The translations under genes and the position numbers were made by a program. Under the pieces are notes generated by a model. It saw only the letters and a list, made by a program, of their open reading frames with translations, made no database searches and was not told the DNA's origin. This document shows positions 23,935 through 34,265 of a DNA stretch of 48,847 nt, piece by piece (position 1 is the stretch's first letter; every line of letters starts with the position of its first letter). Origin of the DNA: Chiloscyllium plagiosum (lineage: Eukaryota); contig NC_057719.1 in assembly GCF_004010195.1 (NCBI RefSeq), positions 1,567,736-1,616,582 on the forward strand. Reading direction: 5' to 3'.

Positions 23935-23947
23935 ATAAATAAATAAA
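23935..23947 (-). promoter_or_regulatory. AU-rich element in the presumed BTBD6 3' UTR
   Basis: Minus strand UUUAUUUAUUUAU, ~215 nt downstream of the stop codon. Confidence 0.45.
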
Positions 23948-24161
23948 GTTAATTTACAATCAAACATTCCTTCAAATTTTAAAGATGGTTTGACTCTGCG
24001 TGATTTTTGATGTAATAGGCCCACGTGTGGAGTTTAATATATTAATCAGTTGAAGCAGCAGGAAGTCTGAATTCTTGCTGTGCTCCCTTATGTTAGCAGC
24101 AGTTGGATGCAAAACATCTTTTGTTTTTAGTTTCAGGGAGGCAGGTTTGAGCATTTTTTGT

Positions 24162-25194
24162 TCATGCATAGAAAATAAGTTCAGGAATCTGCCCACCTTG
24201 TACCCCTGTGCCATTAGTGCTGTCAGATGAACACTGGAACTGAAATGTCACTTTCCCACACTGCACTTCTGTCATTCCCTCTTGTCCAAAGTAGCTAAGC
24301 TCATTGCCATCCAGGATGGCACTGGCAGTGTAAAAGGTGTCCTGCTCCACCTGCACCGGGTGCTCGAACCAGACTGAGAAAGTGGTGCTAGAGCCATCTG
24401 ATATGAACTTAGTAAAGTTTTGAGCCAGGACCACCCCCTGCCGCTTCAGTTCGATCTTGACACTGTATTCGGCCTTGCCACAACTTGAGCCGTACAACCC
24501 GAGACCAGCGATAAAGATGCGCTTGTCCACCGCAAACTGGATGCTATCACAGCGGCCCCGGTACCTCCACTGGTTGCTGCGGTAAGCAGAGGACTGGAAG
24601 CGATGGCACCGTTGGGATGCTAGCCCCTTCCTTTGAGTGGTGGGGAATTCCAACTGCGGCTTCTTCAGCGCAGTGTACCACAAGAATATGTTGTGCGTCT
24701 GCTCCAGGGTCAAAAGGTCACATTGTGCAGCCCCATTGGCAAACTCCTCCAGCGTCATGGTGGGAATCCGAACGATGTAGAGAGCCTTGCCCAGCACGCT
24801 CCTCTTGTTGCGGGCAGTGGGAGGGAGCCCTTGTCTTTTGCACTCTGCCTCTGCCCAGCTTACAATGGCTTCAAACACCACCACCTCTTTCGTGTTGAGT
24901 GTTTCCCGTGACAGGATGATCTCCAAAGTCTGCAGATCGATCTCGCAAAAGCCCTCTGACCTGAGGGCAAGCTCTGCCTGGGCATCAATCACCTCCCAGC
25001 AGCGTTGGGTCAGCTCAGGCTCCTCAAAGAGCCTACTCTGGGACAGTAGGACACAAGCATTCTTTGCCTCCAAGCTGGTCTCCAGGAAGTTAACGCAAGC
25101 CTTTGCCAGATACGGGACAATGTACTTCTTGGCAGCGTACAGTGAAGCCAGCACTGTGTCTGCCTCCAAATCAATCTCATCACTGTACAAATAC
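24162..25194 (-). CDS. BTBD6: BTBD6 last coding exon (end of BTB, BACK and PHR domains, TGA stop)
   Basis: CTCTCTGCAG acceptor; YLYSDEIDLEADTV...GGQIPELIFYA*. Residues SRLFEEPEL, TLEEFANG, QSSAYR and FEHPVQVEQ match BTBD6 rather than BTBD3. Confidence 0.96.
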
Positions 25195-25473
25195 CTGCAG
25201 AGAGGGGAATAAAAACTCACTGAAAAGCTCACCACTTAAACCTCACGCAGGAAAAAAAAAGTTAAATTCCTGAGGAATTAACTTAAATCTAATGCACGCA
25301 AAAAAAAATTAAAGGCAGCTTGGAATTTCTTCATCTTAAAGCAAAGTAGTCGCAGACAGCATTTTAAAAGAAGTATCTCGGATTTTAAGTGAGTGATCAA
25401 ATAACATGCTTTAAATGGTTATTCATAGTCCCCACGCCGCTCCCCCAACACACACACACTCTATGTCCCTTAC

Positions 25474-25592
25474 TTTAGCAGAATAAGGAAAGCTGCGGGT
25501 TCCACATCTGGAATATGAATGTCGGGCTTATCCTCAGCGAGTTCCCCGTAAAACATGGCATAGAAAACGGAACTGCCGACTGCCAGAATATA
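25474..25592 (-). CDS. BTBD6: BTBD6 119-bp exon (BTB domain)
   Basis: CCTTCCAG/GTAAGG boundaries; YILAVGSSVFYAMFYGELAEDKPDIHIPDVEPAAFLILLK; phase fits both neighbours. Confidence 0.96.
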
Positions 25593-25931
25593 CTGGAAGG
25601 GAATAACACAAGTTCAAAACAAACAAAAGATTAAGAACACGGCGCACACATTCATTAGCAACGCCTTTCCCTGCAGGATCCTACATGCAAAAAAAACCCA
25701 TTCCTTGTATGTAATTTCTAATGTGCTTAACTGCTTTTTTTGAAAGAAAGAAAACAATAATTAGTTGCCAAGCATGTAAGTGGAACAATCGCTCCCTGTC
25801 ACGCAACCCTCAGCACACTGGAGTTCAAATAAACGGATCGATTCCCCCGCGCTGATTGTGACTCCTGTTTAATGCATTCATTTCCAACAAAATACACTTC
25901 AAACAGCTCCCGTGGTTAAGGCACAACACAC

Positions 25932-26022
25932 CTTATGAGCTGGAACTCTCTGTGTGCATCCAGGAGGGCCCACAATAAAATGCACGTCGGCCATCAGTTC
26001 GTTATTGTACATCATTGCATTT
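25932..26022 (-). CDS. BTBD6: BTBD6 91-bp exon (start of BTB domain)
   Basis: CTTTTGCAG/GTGTGT boundaries; NAMMYNNELMADVHFIVGPPGCTQRVPAHK. Confidence 0.96.
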
Positions 26023-26136
26023 CTGCAAAAGAGAGAGGGGGCAAAACGTTAGGTTATTTAAGAAAATTAATTTGAAAAATTAAAAAAAAACCCAAACAGG
26101 AGTAAACAGAGAGGCGGGAAGGCAGGGAGTGATTAC

Positions 26137-26455
26137 CTTTCCCGGAGAGTGGGGTAAAAGGATTGCCAGTTACTGTTCCGAATGTGGTTGTTGTTGAGAT
26201 TTTGTTGCTGGCCCTGGCGGAGCAGGAAGCTGCGCTTGGAGCTGCTGCTGTTGCTGCTGACAGTGTTACCAGAGCCGCCACTGCTGCTGTTCTCGCTGGA
26301 TTGCAGACTGCTGCTGCTGCTGCTGCTGCTGTGTTTGGAGGGATACAACTCTGCAGCCATCTTCTTACCCAGGGAAAGCGTTACGATCTCATAGCAAGCC
26401 GGGAGCTTGCTACCGCTGCTTTCTCTCTTCACACTCTTGGACTTTCTCAGGGTTT
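26137..26455 (-). CDS. BTBD6: BTBD6 N-terminal exon containing the conserved MAAELY start (ATG at 26360)
   Basis: Poly-T tract plus TAG acceptor, GTAATC donor; ETLRKSK...KLPACYEIVTLSLGKKMAAELYP...WQSFYPTLRER. Confidence 0.88.
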
Positions 26456-26602
26456 CTAAAAACATCAAAAGAACAAAAAAAAGTCAAGGGGGGTGGGGGG
26501 ATAGAGATACAAACCCGAAAGTCTCCGGGATTTACAGTGGGCTCTTAATTCACATTTAAAAAAAAACAATTAGGAAAAGCAGCTTTCTGTCGATGTACTG
26601 AC

Positions 26603-26627
26603 CCTGGATATATTTCACGAGCAACAT
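26603..26627 (-). CDS. BTBD6: Putative first coding segment of BTBD6 (MLLVKYIQ), giving a 528-aa long isoform
   Basis: ATG at 26627; 25 nt to an AGG|GTCAGT donor; phase 1 joins in frame to the 26455 acceptor. The total CDS is 1587 nt with no stop. Inferred only. Confidence 0.6.
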
Positions 26628-27059
26628 AAAGATTCTGGACTGTTTGAGTTTAATTTTCCACCAGTGGATGCGAGCCAGATTTGCAGTAAAGTTTTTTTCA
26701 CCCCCTTCAAGACTAAATCACACTGTAAACAAAACAAAAAAACCTGCGACTGTGCTCTTCCTCTTCCCTCCTCGTCCTTCGACTTGAAAAATCCCCAAAG
26801 ATAAAAGCACTCCAGTAAATATCCGGCCAAAAGGGGGGGGGGGGGGATCCTGCCGAGATTTGTTGCAGTTTTTGTTTTTCTTTACACGCTGTTTGTCTCT
26901 TCCGGGGTAAAAGTTGGAAGAGTGCAGTTGAGGCTTTTGTTTCTTCCCCGCCAGCGAGAAGCAGCACTTGGAGATATATTTTAATTCCGACCTGTAGACT
27001 TTACTCCAGAGCTGCCTATGAATCTACAAACTATCAGATCGTGCTGGCTCGCTCTCTCT

Positions 27060-27270
27060 TTTACGAACGGCAGGTGTTCACGTGATGAAAACCTAACCCA
27101 AACATCAGGCTCCAATAATAAAAGGAAGGAGGGGGTGAGCTCGGAGGGAAGAGAGAGGGGGGAGGGATGAGTACTCAGCCCCGGATTGATTGGGAAATGA
27201 AGATGGAGAGGAAAAAGGGGCTGGCGGACACAGAGATTTGCTTGTCAGTCTCCAATCAGCCCACCCACAA
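27060..27270. promoter_or_regulatory. Likely BTBD6 promoter region
   Basis: CCAATCA boxes in opposite orientations (ATTGG 27189-27193, CCAAT 27252-27256), E-boxes CAGGTG 27071-27076 and TCACGTGA 27078-27085. More CpG than the flanks, and upstream of the CDS. Confidence 0.5.
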
Positions 27271-28349
27271 TCACATAGAGACACAATTCTGTATCTCACT
27301 GCACACACCAACCCTGTGTGTTTGTGTATTAATTCCAGGGGGTGTGTTAACGTACTGACCGGCTCAGGTTAAAACCGATAAGGGGGGGGGGGGAACTGCC
27401 TTTGGAAATTAAAGTTCACTCAGGATCCAATTTAATGGCAGCTTTTAAAACGCACGGTTCAGCGGAACAAATAAAGCCCCTTTCTCCTCTTCCTCCCCCC
27501 ATCCTGGTTAATCAGAGCCGCAAACTGATTATTTTTGTTTTTGTTTTAATGATTATACTTTGATCAGCAAACGTGGGGAGGGATACCTCCACAGACACAC
27601 ACACACACACACAGCGCTTGATCAGCCCAGCCCCACTCCCAGGCCAAGCTGTACAAATCTCATTGCAACACACGCCCTTATTGTTTTTTCCCTTCTGTAA
27701 ATCGGCTGAGTCTAGCTTTGTTCAAGCTCCTCTACTGTACCTGGGCTTTTTTTTTTTAGCTGTCCGGGGTTAGGAGAGAAGAGGCGGTGAAAGTTTGGGT
27801 TCTTCGATCCTCCCAGCAGCAGGAAGCCATGATCCAGCTCTGAGTCTAACTATCCCTCCTCCTCCTCCTCCTCCTGCTCCTGTCCAAACCAGCGATTCCG
27901 GGGAATCGGGCAAGCGCTGGGAGGTTGGGCTTAAAAGATATACCATCTGCTTTCTTTACCAATCCCAAGCTTCGTCAGCAGAGGGACTCCGAGCTCCCAA
28001 TCCTGGCGAATAAAATATCCATGCCTTGCAGGATTTAAAGGGCACGTTATTGTTTTAAAAGCGCCAATGCTTTACTTGTCAAACATTGGGTGTCATGACA
28101 CAAGTCTCAAACATCATGCAAAAAAATTACTGATGGCGATCTGCAGTTGATATGACTCTAGTGTTCTTTTCGTTTAACCCTAGCAATGCAGTATTAAAGG
28201 CTACAAGTTTAAAATAGTACTCCGTAACACTGGGTTTAACAAACAGAAAAATCTGAATATTATCTAGTGGCCCTGTTGATAATGATGATAGAACCTTTCT
28301 ATTGATTTAAGGCATATGGCTGCGTTATCACTAAAACCTAGAATAGAAA

Positions 28350-28480
28350 CACTGTTGGAGGTACTATCTTTCAGGTGAGGCAATACTGGAATGCTCCATC
28401 TGCCCCCTCAGATGGACATCAAAGATTCAATGAGGCTCATGTTTTTCTAAGAGGAGAATTGCATTATCTGGTGTGGCTAG
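28350..28480 (+). mobile_element. DeuSINE-like fragment
   Basis: ACTGTTGGAGGTACTATCTTTCAGGTGAG...CTGCCCCCTCAGATGGACATCAAAGAT. Confidence 0.5.
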
Positions 28481-28697
28481 TTCCTGGGAGTGATGATCAC
28501 CAACAATATGTCTTGATCCACTTATGTTTATGCTACAGTCAAGAAAGCACAACAATGCCTCTACTTCCTCAGAACGCAAAGGAAATTCACAGCATGTCCA
28601 TAAAGACTCCAAGGAATTGTTATAGATGCATTATAGAAAGCATCCTATCGGGATGCATTAGGGCTTGGTATGGCAACTGCTCTGCCCAGGAAATTAC

Positions 28698-28830
28698 GAG
28701 CTAAAAATGTGTTGCTGGAAAAGCGCAGCAGGTCAGGCAGCATCCAAGGAGCAGGAGAATCGACGTTTCGGGCATGAGCCCTTTTTCAGCTCTGATCTCC
28801 AGCAACTGCAGTCCTCACTTTCTTCTCCAT
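28698..28830. mobile_element. Asymmetric fold-back PLE element (family A) with a half hammerhead
   Basis: Minus arm keeps GGGCTCATGCCCGAAACGTCGA but lacks CUGANGA. Flanked by GAAATTAC at 28690-28697 and 28833-28840. Confidence 0.8.
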
Positions 28831-28936
28831 AAGAAATTACAGAGAGTTGTGAACACAGCTCAGTCCATCACACAAGCCAACTTTCTATCCCATTGATTCC
28901 AAATATACTTGCTGCCTGAGGAAGGCAGCCAAAATA

Positions 28937-29345
28937 TTTGGTGACAGTGATCACAACTGCCTCACATTTAGCAAAGCCTTGGAAAGTGAAAGGAGCAATT
29001 ACTGAGGGAAGGTATTCAATTGAGGAAAAGGAAATTATGATGCTATAGGACAGGAGTTGGGAAGTATAGACTGGGAGTATTTGTTCCACAGAAAGGGCAC
29101 AGCAGACATGTGGAGACTATTTAAGGAGCAGTTATTGCAAGTGATGCACAAATTTGTTCCTCTGAGGCAGGTAAGAAGGGGTAAGATTAAGGAACCTTGG
29201 ATGACGAGAACAGAGGAACTGCTTGTCAAAAGGAAGGCGGCAACTTACGTAAGGTGGAGGAAGCAAGGACCAAGCACAGCTTTAGAGGATTACAGGCTTG
29301 CTAGAAAGGAGCTCAGAAGTGGACTGAGGAGAGCTAGGAGGAGGC
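28937..29345 (+). mobile_element. CR1 fragment duplicating ~29562-29970
   Basis: Direct comparison shows a collinear, highly similar sequence with substitutions mostly in the 5' half. Confidence 0.9.
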
Positions 29346-29531
29346 CTCTCAGAGCCTCAAAGGTCCGATCTAATTTCAAAGCATGCACCCATCGATTAAA
29401 ATGACAATGTTTAATTCTTTAGAACTCAACATAAGTCTGACCTGGTTCCTTCTTTGTGTTTCTGAACCGCTGTCTATATCCTTCTGGTACCAATTCATAA
29501 GCACTAAAATAGCCTGTTTAACCTCTTCATA
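29346..29531 (-). mobile_element. Ty3/Gypsy (Gmr1-like) gag fragment, SCAN-related capsid region, disrupted
   Basis: Minus strand reads YEEVKQAIL/(1-nt deletion)/AYELVPEGYRQRFRNTKKEPGQTYVEF*RIKHCHFNRWVHALKLDRTFEALR. Confidence 0.8.
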
Positions 29532-31400
29532 CAGGTGTCAGATCTCACGGTGGGAGAGCACTTTGGTGACAGTGATCACAACTGCCTCACATTTAGCATA
29601 GCCTTGGAAAGTGAAAGGAGCAATTACCGAGGGAAGATATTTAATTGGGGAAAAGGAAATTATGACGCTATCAGACAGGAGTTGGGAAATATAGACTGGG
29701 AGCAATTGTTCCACAGAAAGGGCATAGCAGACATGTGGAGACTTTTTAAGGAGCAGTTATTGTGAGTGATGCACAAATTTGTTCCTCTGAGGCAGGTAAG
29801 AAGGGGTAAGATTAAGGAACCTTGGATGACGAGAACAGAGGAACTGCTTGTCAAAAGGAAGGCGGCAGCTTACGTAAGGTGGAGGAAGCAAGGACCAAGC
29901 ACAGCTTTAGAGGATTACAGGCTTGCTAGAAAGGAGCTCAGAAGTGGACTGAGGAGAGCTAGGAGGAGGCATGAAAAAGGCTTGGCAAGAAGGATTAGGG
30001 AGAACCCAAAGGCATTTTACTCATACGTGAGGAATAAGAAATGATCAGGGAGAAAGTAGGGCCGATCAGGGATAGCAGAGGGAACTTGTGCGTGGAGTCT
30101 GAGCAGATAGGGGAAGCCCCAAATGAGGTTTTTGCTTTGGTTTTCACTCAGGAAAGGGAACTTGTTATAAATGAAAACTTAGAGGAGCTGGGATACAGTC
30201 TTGGTCAGATCAAGATTGATGAAGTTGATGTGCTAGAAAATGTGGAAAACATTATGATTGAGAAGTCCCCAGAGTCAGACCACATTTATCCTAGGCTGCT
30301 CCAGGTAGCGAGAAAGGAGGTTGCTAAGCCGCTGGCGAGGATATTTGCCTCCTCACTCTCCACGGGAGTCATATCGGAGGATTGGAAGGAGGCAAATGTT
30401 GTACCTCTTTTCAAGAAGGGGAATAGGGAAATCACTGGCAATTACAGACCAGTCAGTCTTAGTCTGTGGTCAGCAAAGTTTTGGAAAGAATTCTGAGGGA
30501 TAGGATTTATGACTATTTGGCAAAGCATAGTGTGATTAAAGGCAGTCAGCATGGCTTTGTGAGGGGCAGGTCATGCCTCATAAATCTTATTGAGTTCTTT
30601 GAGGAGGTGTCAAGACAGGTCGACGATGGTCGAGCAGTGGAAGGTCAAACTCGAATGCTGAACATAGGATTAAAGACAGGATTCTTGGCAGTGTGGAGGA
30701 ACAGAGGGATCTGGGTGTGCAAGTACATAGATCCCTCAAAGTTGCCACCCAAGTGGATAGGGTTGTTAAGAAAGCATATAGTGTTTTGGCTTTCATCAAC
30801 AGGGGTATCGAGTTTAAGAGCCGTGAGGTTTTGCTGCAGCTCTACAAGTCCCTCGTGAGGCCACACTTGGAATATTGTGTCCAGTTCTGGTCGCCTTACT
30901 ATCGGAAAGATACAGAGGCTTTGGAGAGGGTGCAAAGGAGGTTTACCAGGATGCTACCTGGACTGGAGGGCTTGCCTTATGAAGAGAGGTTGAATAAGCT
31001 TGGACTTTTCTCACTGGAGAGAAGGAGGAAGAGAAGAGACCTGATCGAGGTATGCAAGGTGATGAGAGGCATAGGTAGAGTCAATAGCCAGAGACTTTTC
31101 CCCAGGGCATGATTGACTGGTACGAGAAGTCATAGTTTGAAGATATTAGGAGGAAGGTATAAAGGAGACATCAGAGGTAGGTTCTTTACGCAGAGAGTTG
31201 TGAATGCATGGAATGCGTTACCAGCGGTGGTGGTGGAAGCAGTGTCATTGGGGACATTCAAGTGACTGCTGGACATGCAAATGGATAGCAGTGAGTTGAG
31301 GGGTGCATAGGTTGTTACTATATTTTACATTAGGATTAAATCTTGGCACAACATCGTGGGCCAAAGGCCTGTTCTGTGCTGTACTTTTCTATGTTCTAAA
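29532..31400 (+). mobile_element. CR1 LINE ORF2 with an internal RT deletion and intact 3' end
   Basis: GEHFGDSDHN, DWKEANVVPLFKKG, SQHGFVRGRSCL and LVRPHLEYCVQFWSP motifs; TTCTATGTTCTA tail. Confidence 0.93.
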
Positions 31401-31830
31401 ATGAGTGCAGAAAGATTAACTAGGATGTACTTCGACTGGAAGGTTTGAGTTATAAGGCAAGGCTGGGACTTCTTTTCTGGTGCATAAGAGACTGAGGGGT
31501 AACCTTATAGAGATCTATAAAATTATGAGAGGCATTTGATAAGGTAAATAGCCAACAGTTTTTCCCCATAATAGAGGAATCTAAAATCAGAGGACAAAGG
31601 TTTAAAGTGAGAGGGGAGAGAGTGGCAATTTTTTCACACAGAGGTAGTGGTGGTGATGAGTACAATTTTGTCATTTCAGAAACATTTGGACAAGTACATG
31701 GATGCGATAGGGATGGAGGGATATGGACCAAATGCAAGCTAATGGGACTAGTTTACTTGTGAAAACTGGGCGGCATGGATAATCTGGGTTGAAGGGCCTA
31801 TTTCCATGCTGTAAACCTCTACAGTTCTAT
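31400..31830 (+). mobile_element. Second CR1 3' end fragment
   Basis: Diverged repeat of the CR1 C-terminal and 3' UTR sequence. Confidence 0.75.
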
Positions 31831-32269
31831 AATATAATCAAAGATCCCTCCCACCCCAGTTACAATCTCTTCTAACCTCTTCAGTTGGGGCCAGAAAATA
31901 GAAAAGCTTAAGCACACATACCAACGGATTCAAGACAAGCTTCTTCCCCACTGTTGTTAAACTTATGAATGCACCTCTCAAATTTTCAATTTAATGTTGA
32001 TCTCACTCTTCGTGCACCTTCTCTCCAGCTGTAACATTGTATTCTTTGTTTTGTTCTATTACCCTAATGCATTTTGAGTGTTATCATCTGTCTGTACTGC
32101 ATGCAAAACAAAACTTTTCACTGGGTACATGTGACAATAATAAATCAAATCAAATCAAATCAAAAGTTACCTCCTAGCAAGCTTTGGCCATTTGCCATTA
32201 TATCATCTTATGTCATCAGTTTGCCCTTTTGCTTGATAACATTCCGGTCAAATACTCTGGGATGTTTTA

Positions 32270-33620
32270 CACCCTCCTGTTTAACCAATCTATTGGAATT
32301 CTTTGAGAAAGTAACGTGCTGTGGATAAGAGGGGACTGTAGAAGTGCTGTACTTAGATTTCCAGAAGGCACTTGATAACTTGGTGCAACAGTTGTTGAAA
32401 ATAAAAACTCATGCTTTAGGGGCTAATGTTTTAGTACAGACAGAACTCGCTGGCAGCAACCAGAGACATAAATAGTTCTTCTGGGTTAACAAATCACACT
32501 TGATGTACTTCAAGGATCTGTACCAGGGCCTCAACCTTTTATAATTTGCATAAATGTCTTGGATGAAAGGGGTGTCTAAAGGCATGGCTGCTCAATTTGC
32601 TGATGAAACAAAAACAGATAGGAAAGTAAGTTGTGAAGAGGTCACTAGGCTAGAAAGGGATATCAGAGTTGAGAGTGTGGAGCGGGAAAAGCACAGCAGG
32701 TCAGGCAGCATCCCAGGAGCAGGAGAATGGACGTTTCAGTATAATCGAAGTTTCGGGCATAAGCCCTTCATCAGGAATTGAATCAGCCCTGATGAAGGGC
32801 TTATGCCCGAAACTTTGACTCTCCTGCTCTTTGGATGCTGCCTGATCTGCTGTGCTTTTCCAGCACCACAATTTCAACTCTGATCTCCAGCATCTACAGT
32901 CCTCACGTTCTCCTAGAAAGGGATATCGATGGGTTGAGTGGGGAGGAGAAGATCTGACAAATGGAATATAATGTGGGAAAATGTGAAATTGTCCATTTTG
33001 GCAGGAAGAGTGAAAATGATGCATATTATCTAATGCTGATGTACTGCAGAGCTCTGAGATGCAGAGAGTTCTGCGTGTCCTTGTGCATGAATCATAATAA
33101 GTTAGTAGGTAGGTTCAATAAATACTCAAGGTTCAAAATGTTATCAGTTATTGAAAGGTGGATTTAATACAAGGTTAACGTATGCTTCAGTTACACCTTA
33201 AGCTTACAGCTTAAGCATTGGTGAGACTGCATCTGGACTACTATGTACAGTATTAGTCACTTTATTTAAGGAAGGTTATAAGTGCATTGAAACAGTTCAG
33301 AGGAGGTTTACCAAATTAATGTTTAGTAAAGACAGAGTGCCTTATGAGGAAAGGTTGGACAAGCTAAGCTTCATTGCTGGAGTTTAGAACAGTAAGAGGT
33401 GACTTCTTTGAAACAGGAGGTCTGGTGGAGGGGGGTGAGGGGGGCTTGACTAAGTAGATGTGAGAGGATGCTTCCTGTTGTGTGAGAATCTAGAACTCTT
33501 TTTAAGTAAGCAGTAGATAGATTCTTGACAAAGGGGTGAAGATTTATATAGAATAATCTGATCAGCTATGATCTTATTGAATGGCAAGCAGTCGCTTGTT
33601 CCTAACTTGAATGCTATGTA
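32270..33620 (+). mobile_element. Old CR1 RT fragment interrupted at 32665-32912
   Basis: SCLTNLLEFFEKVT, FADETK and MEYNVGKCEIVHFGRK remnants. Confidence 0.8.
32665..32912. mobile_element. Fold-back PLE element (family A) with hammerhead motifs on both strands
   Basis: Inverted arms centred near 32780. 15-bp TSD CTAGAAAGGGATATC at 32650-32664 and 32913-32927. CTGATGAAGGGCTTATGCCCGAAAC is present on both strands. Confidence 0.88.
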
Positions 33621-33927
33621 AGAGTACCATATAAAGACATTGTGCTATTCATTAGGGCTGCTGATGTTATTTGTTTCAGAATGCTTGACTCTATTGGGCT
33701 CTTCATAGTGTTCTGTCAAAGAGTGAGAGAGCTACATAACGTCTAATGTTAGCAGGTACTTCTGGAACCAGAAGTCAACATGTTGGCACATGTTAGTGTG
33801 CATGGCCCTCATATGGTTCACAGCCAGGAGGCATGTGTGAATGTCTGCTGCACTAATCCAATCTTTCCACACCTCAGTAAGTTTTAATGCACTGTCTAAT
33901 GGAAGAATGGCCACATGAGTGTACCTA

Positions 33928-34265
33928 GGCGGCATGGTGGCTCAGTGGTTAGCCCTGCTGCCTCACAGTGCCAGGGACCTGGGTTTGATTCTAGCCTTGG
34001 GTGACTGTCTGTGTGGAGTTTGCACATTCTCCCCGTGTCTGCGTGGGTTTCTTCTGGGTGCTCCGGTTTCCTCCCACAGTCCAAAGATGTGCAGGTTAGG
34101 TGAATTGGCCATGCTAAACTGCCCATAGTATCTAGGGGTGTGTAGATTAGGTGCATTAGTTAGAGGTAAATGTAGACTAATAGGGTAGGGGAATGGGTTT
34201 GGATGGGTTAGTCTTTGGAGGATCGGTGTGGACTTGTTAGGCCTAATGGCCTGTTTCTACACAGT
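33928..34265 (+). mobile_element. HE1-type SINE, full length
   Basis: GGCATGGTGGCTCAGTGG A box, core TGTGTGGAGTTTGCACATTCTCCCCGTGTCTGCGTGGGTTTC, CR1-like tail. Confidence 0.92.

Larger units (their letters stand above)
28480..32164 (+). mobile_element. Rex1/Babar-type LINE 3' fragment split by nested insertions (own sequence ~28480-28936 and ~31831-32164)
   Basis: YRCIIESILSGCIRAWYGNCSAQ...KKLQRVVNTAQSIT, resuming as IIKDPSHP...SFFPTVVKLMN and ending in (AAATC)n at ~32142-32164. Confidence 0.8.

Noticed and set aside
24617..25212. Plus-strand ORFs overlapping BTBD6
   Set aside because: Antisense shadows of a coding exon with no recognisable protein features.
24162..25235. The 357-aa ORF as a single-exon gene, or as BTBD3
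   Set aside because: The first ~14 residues are intronic (acceptor at 25195-25196), upstream exons splice in frame, and diagnostic residues fit BTBD6.
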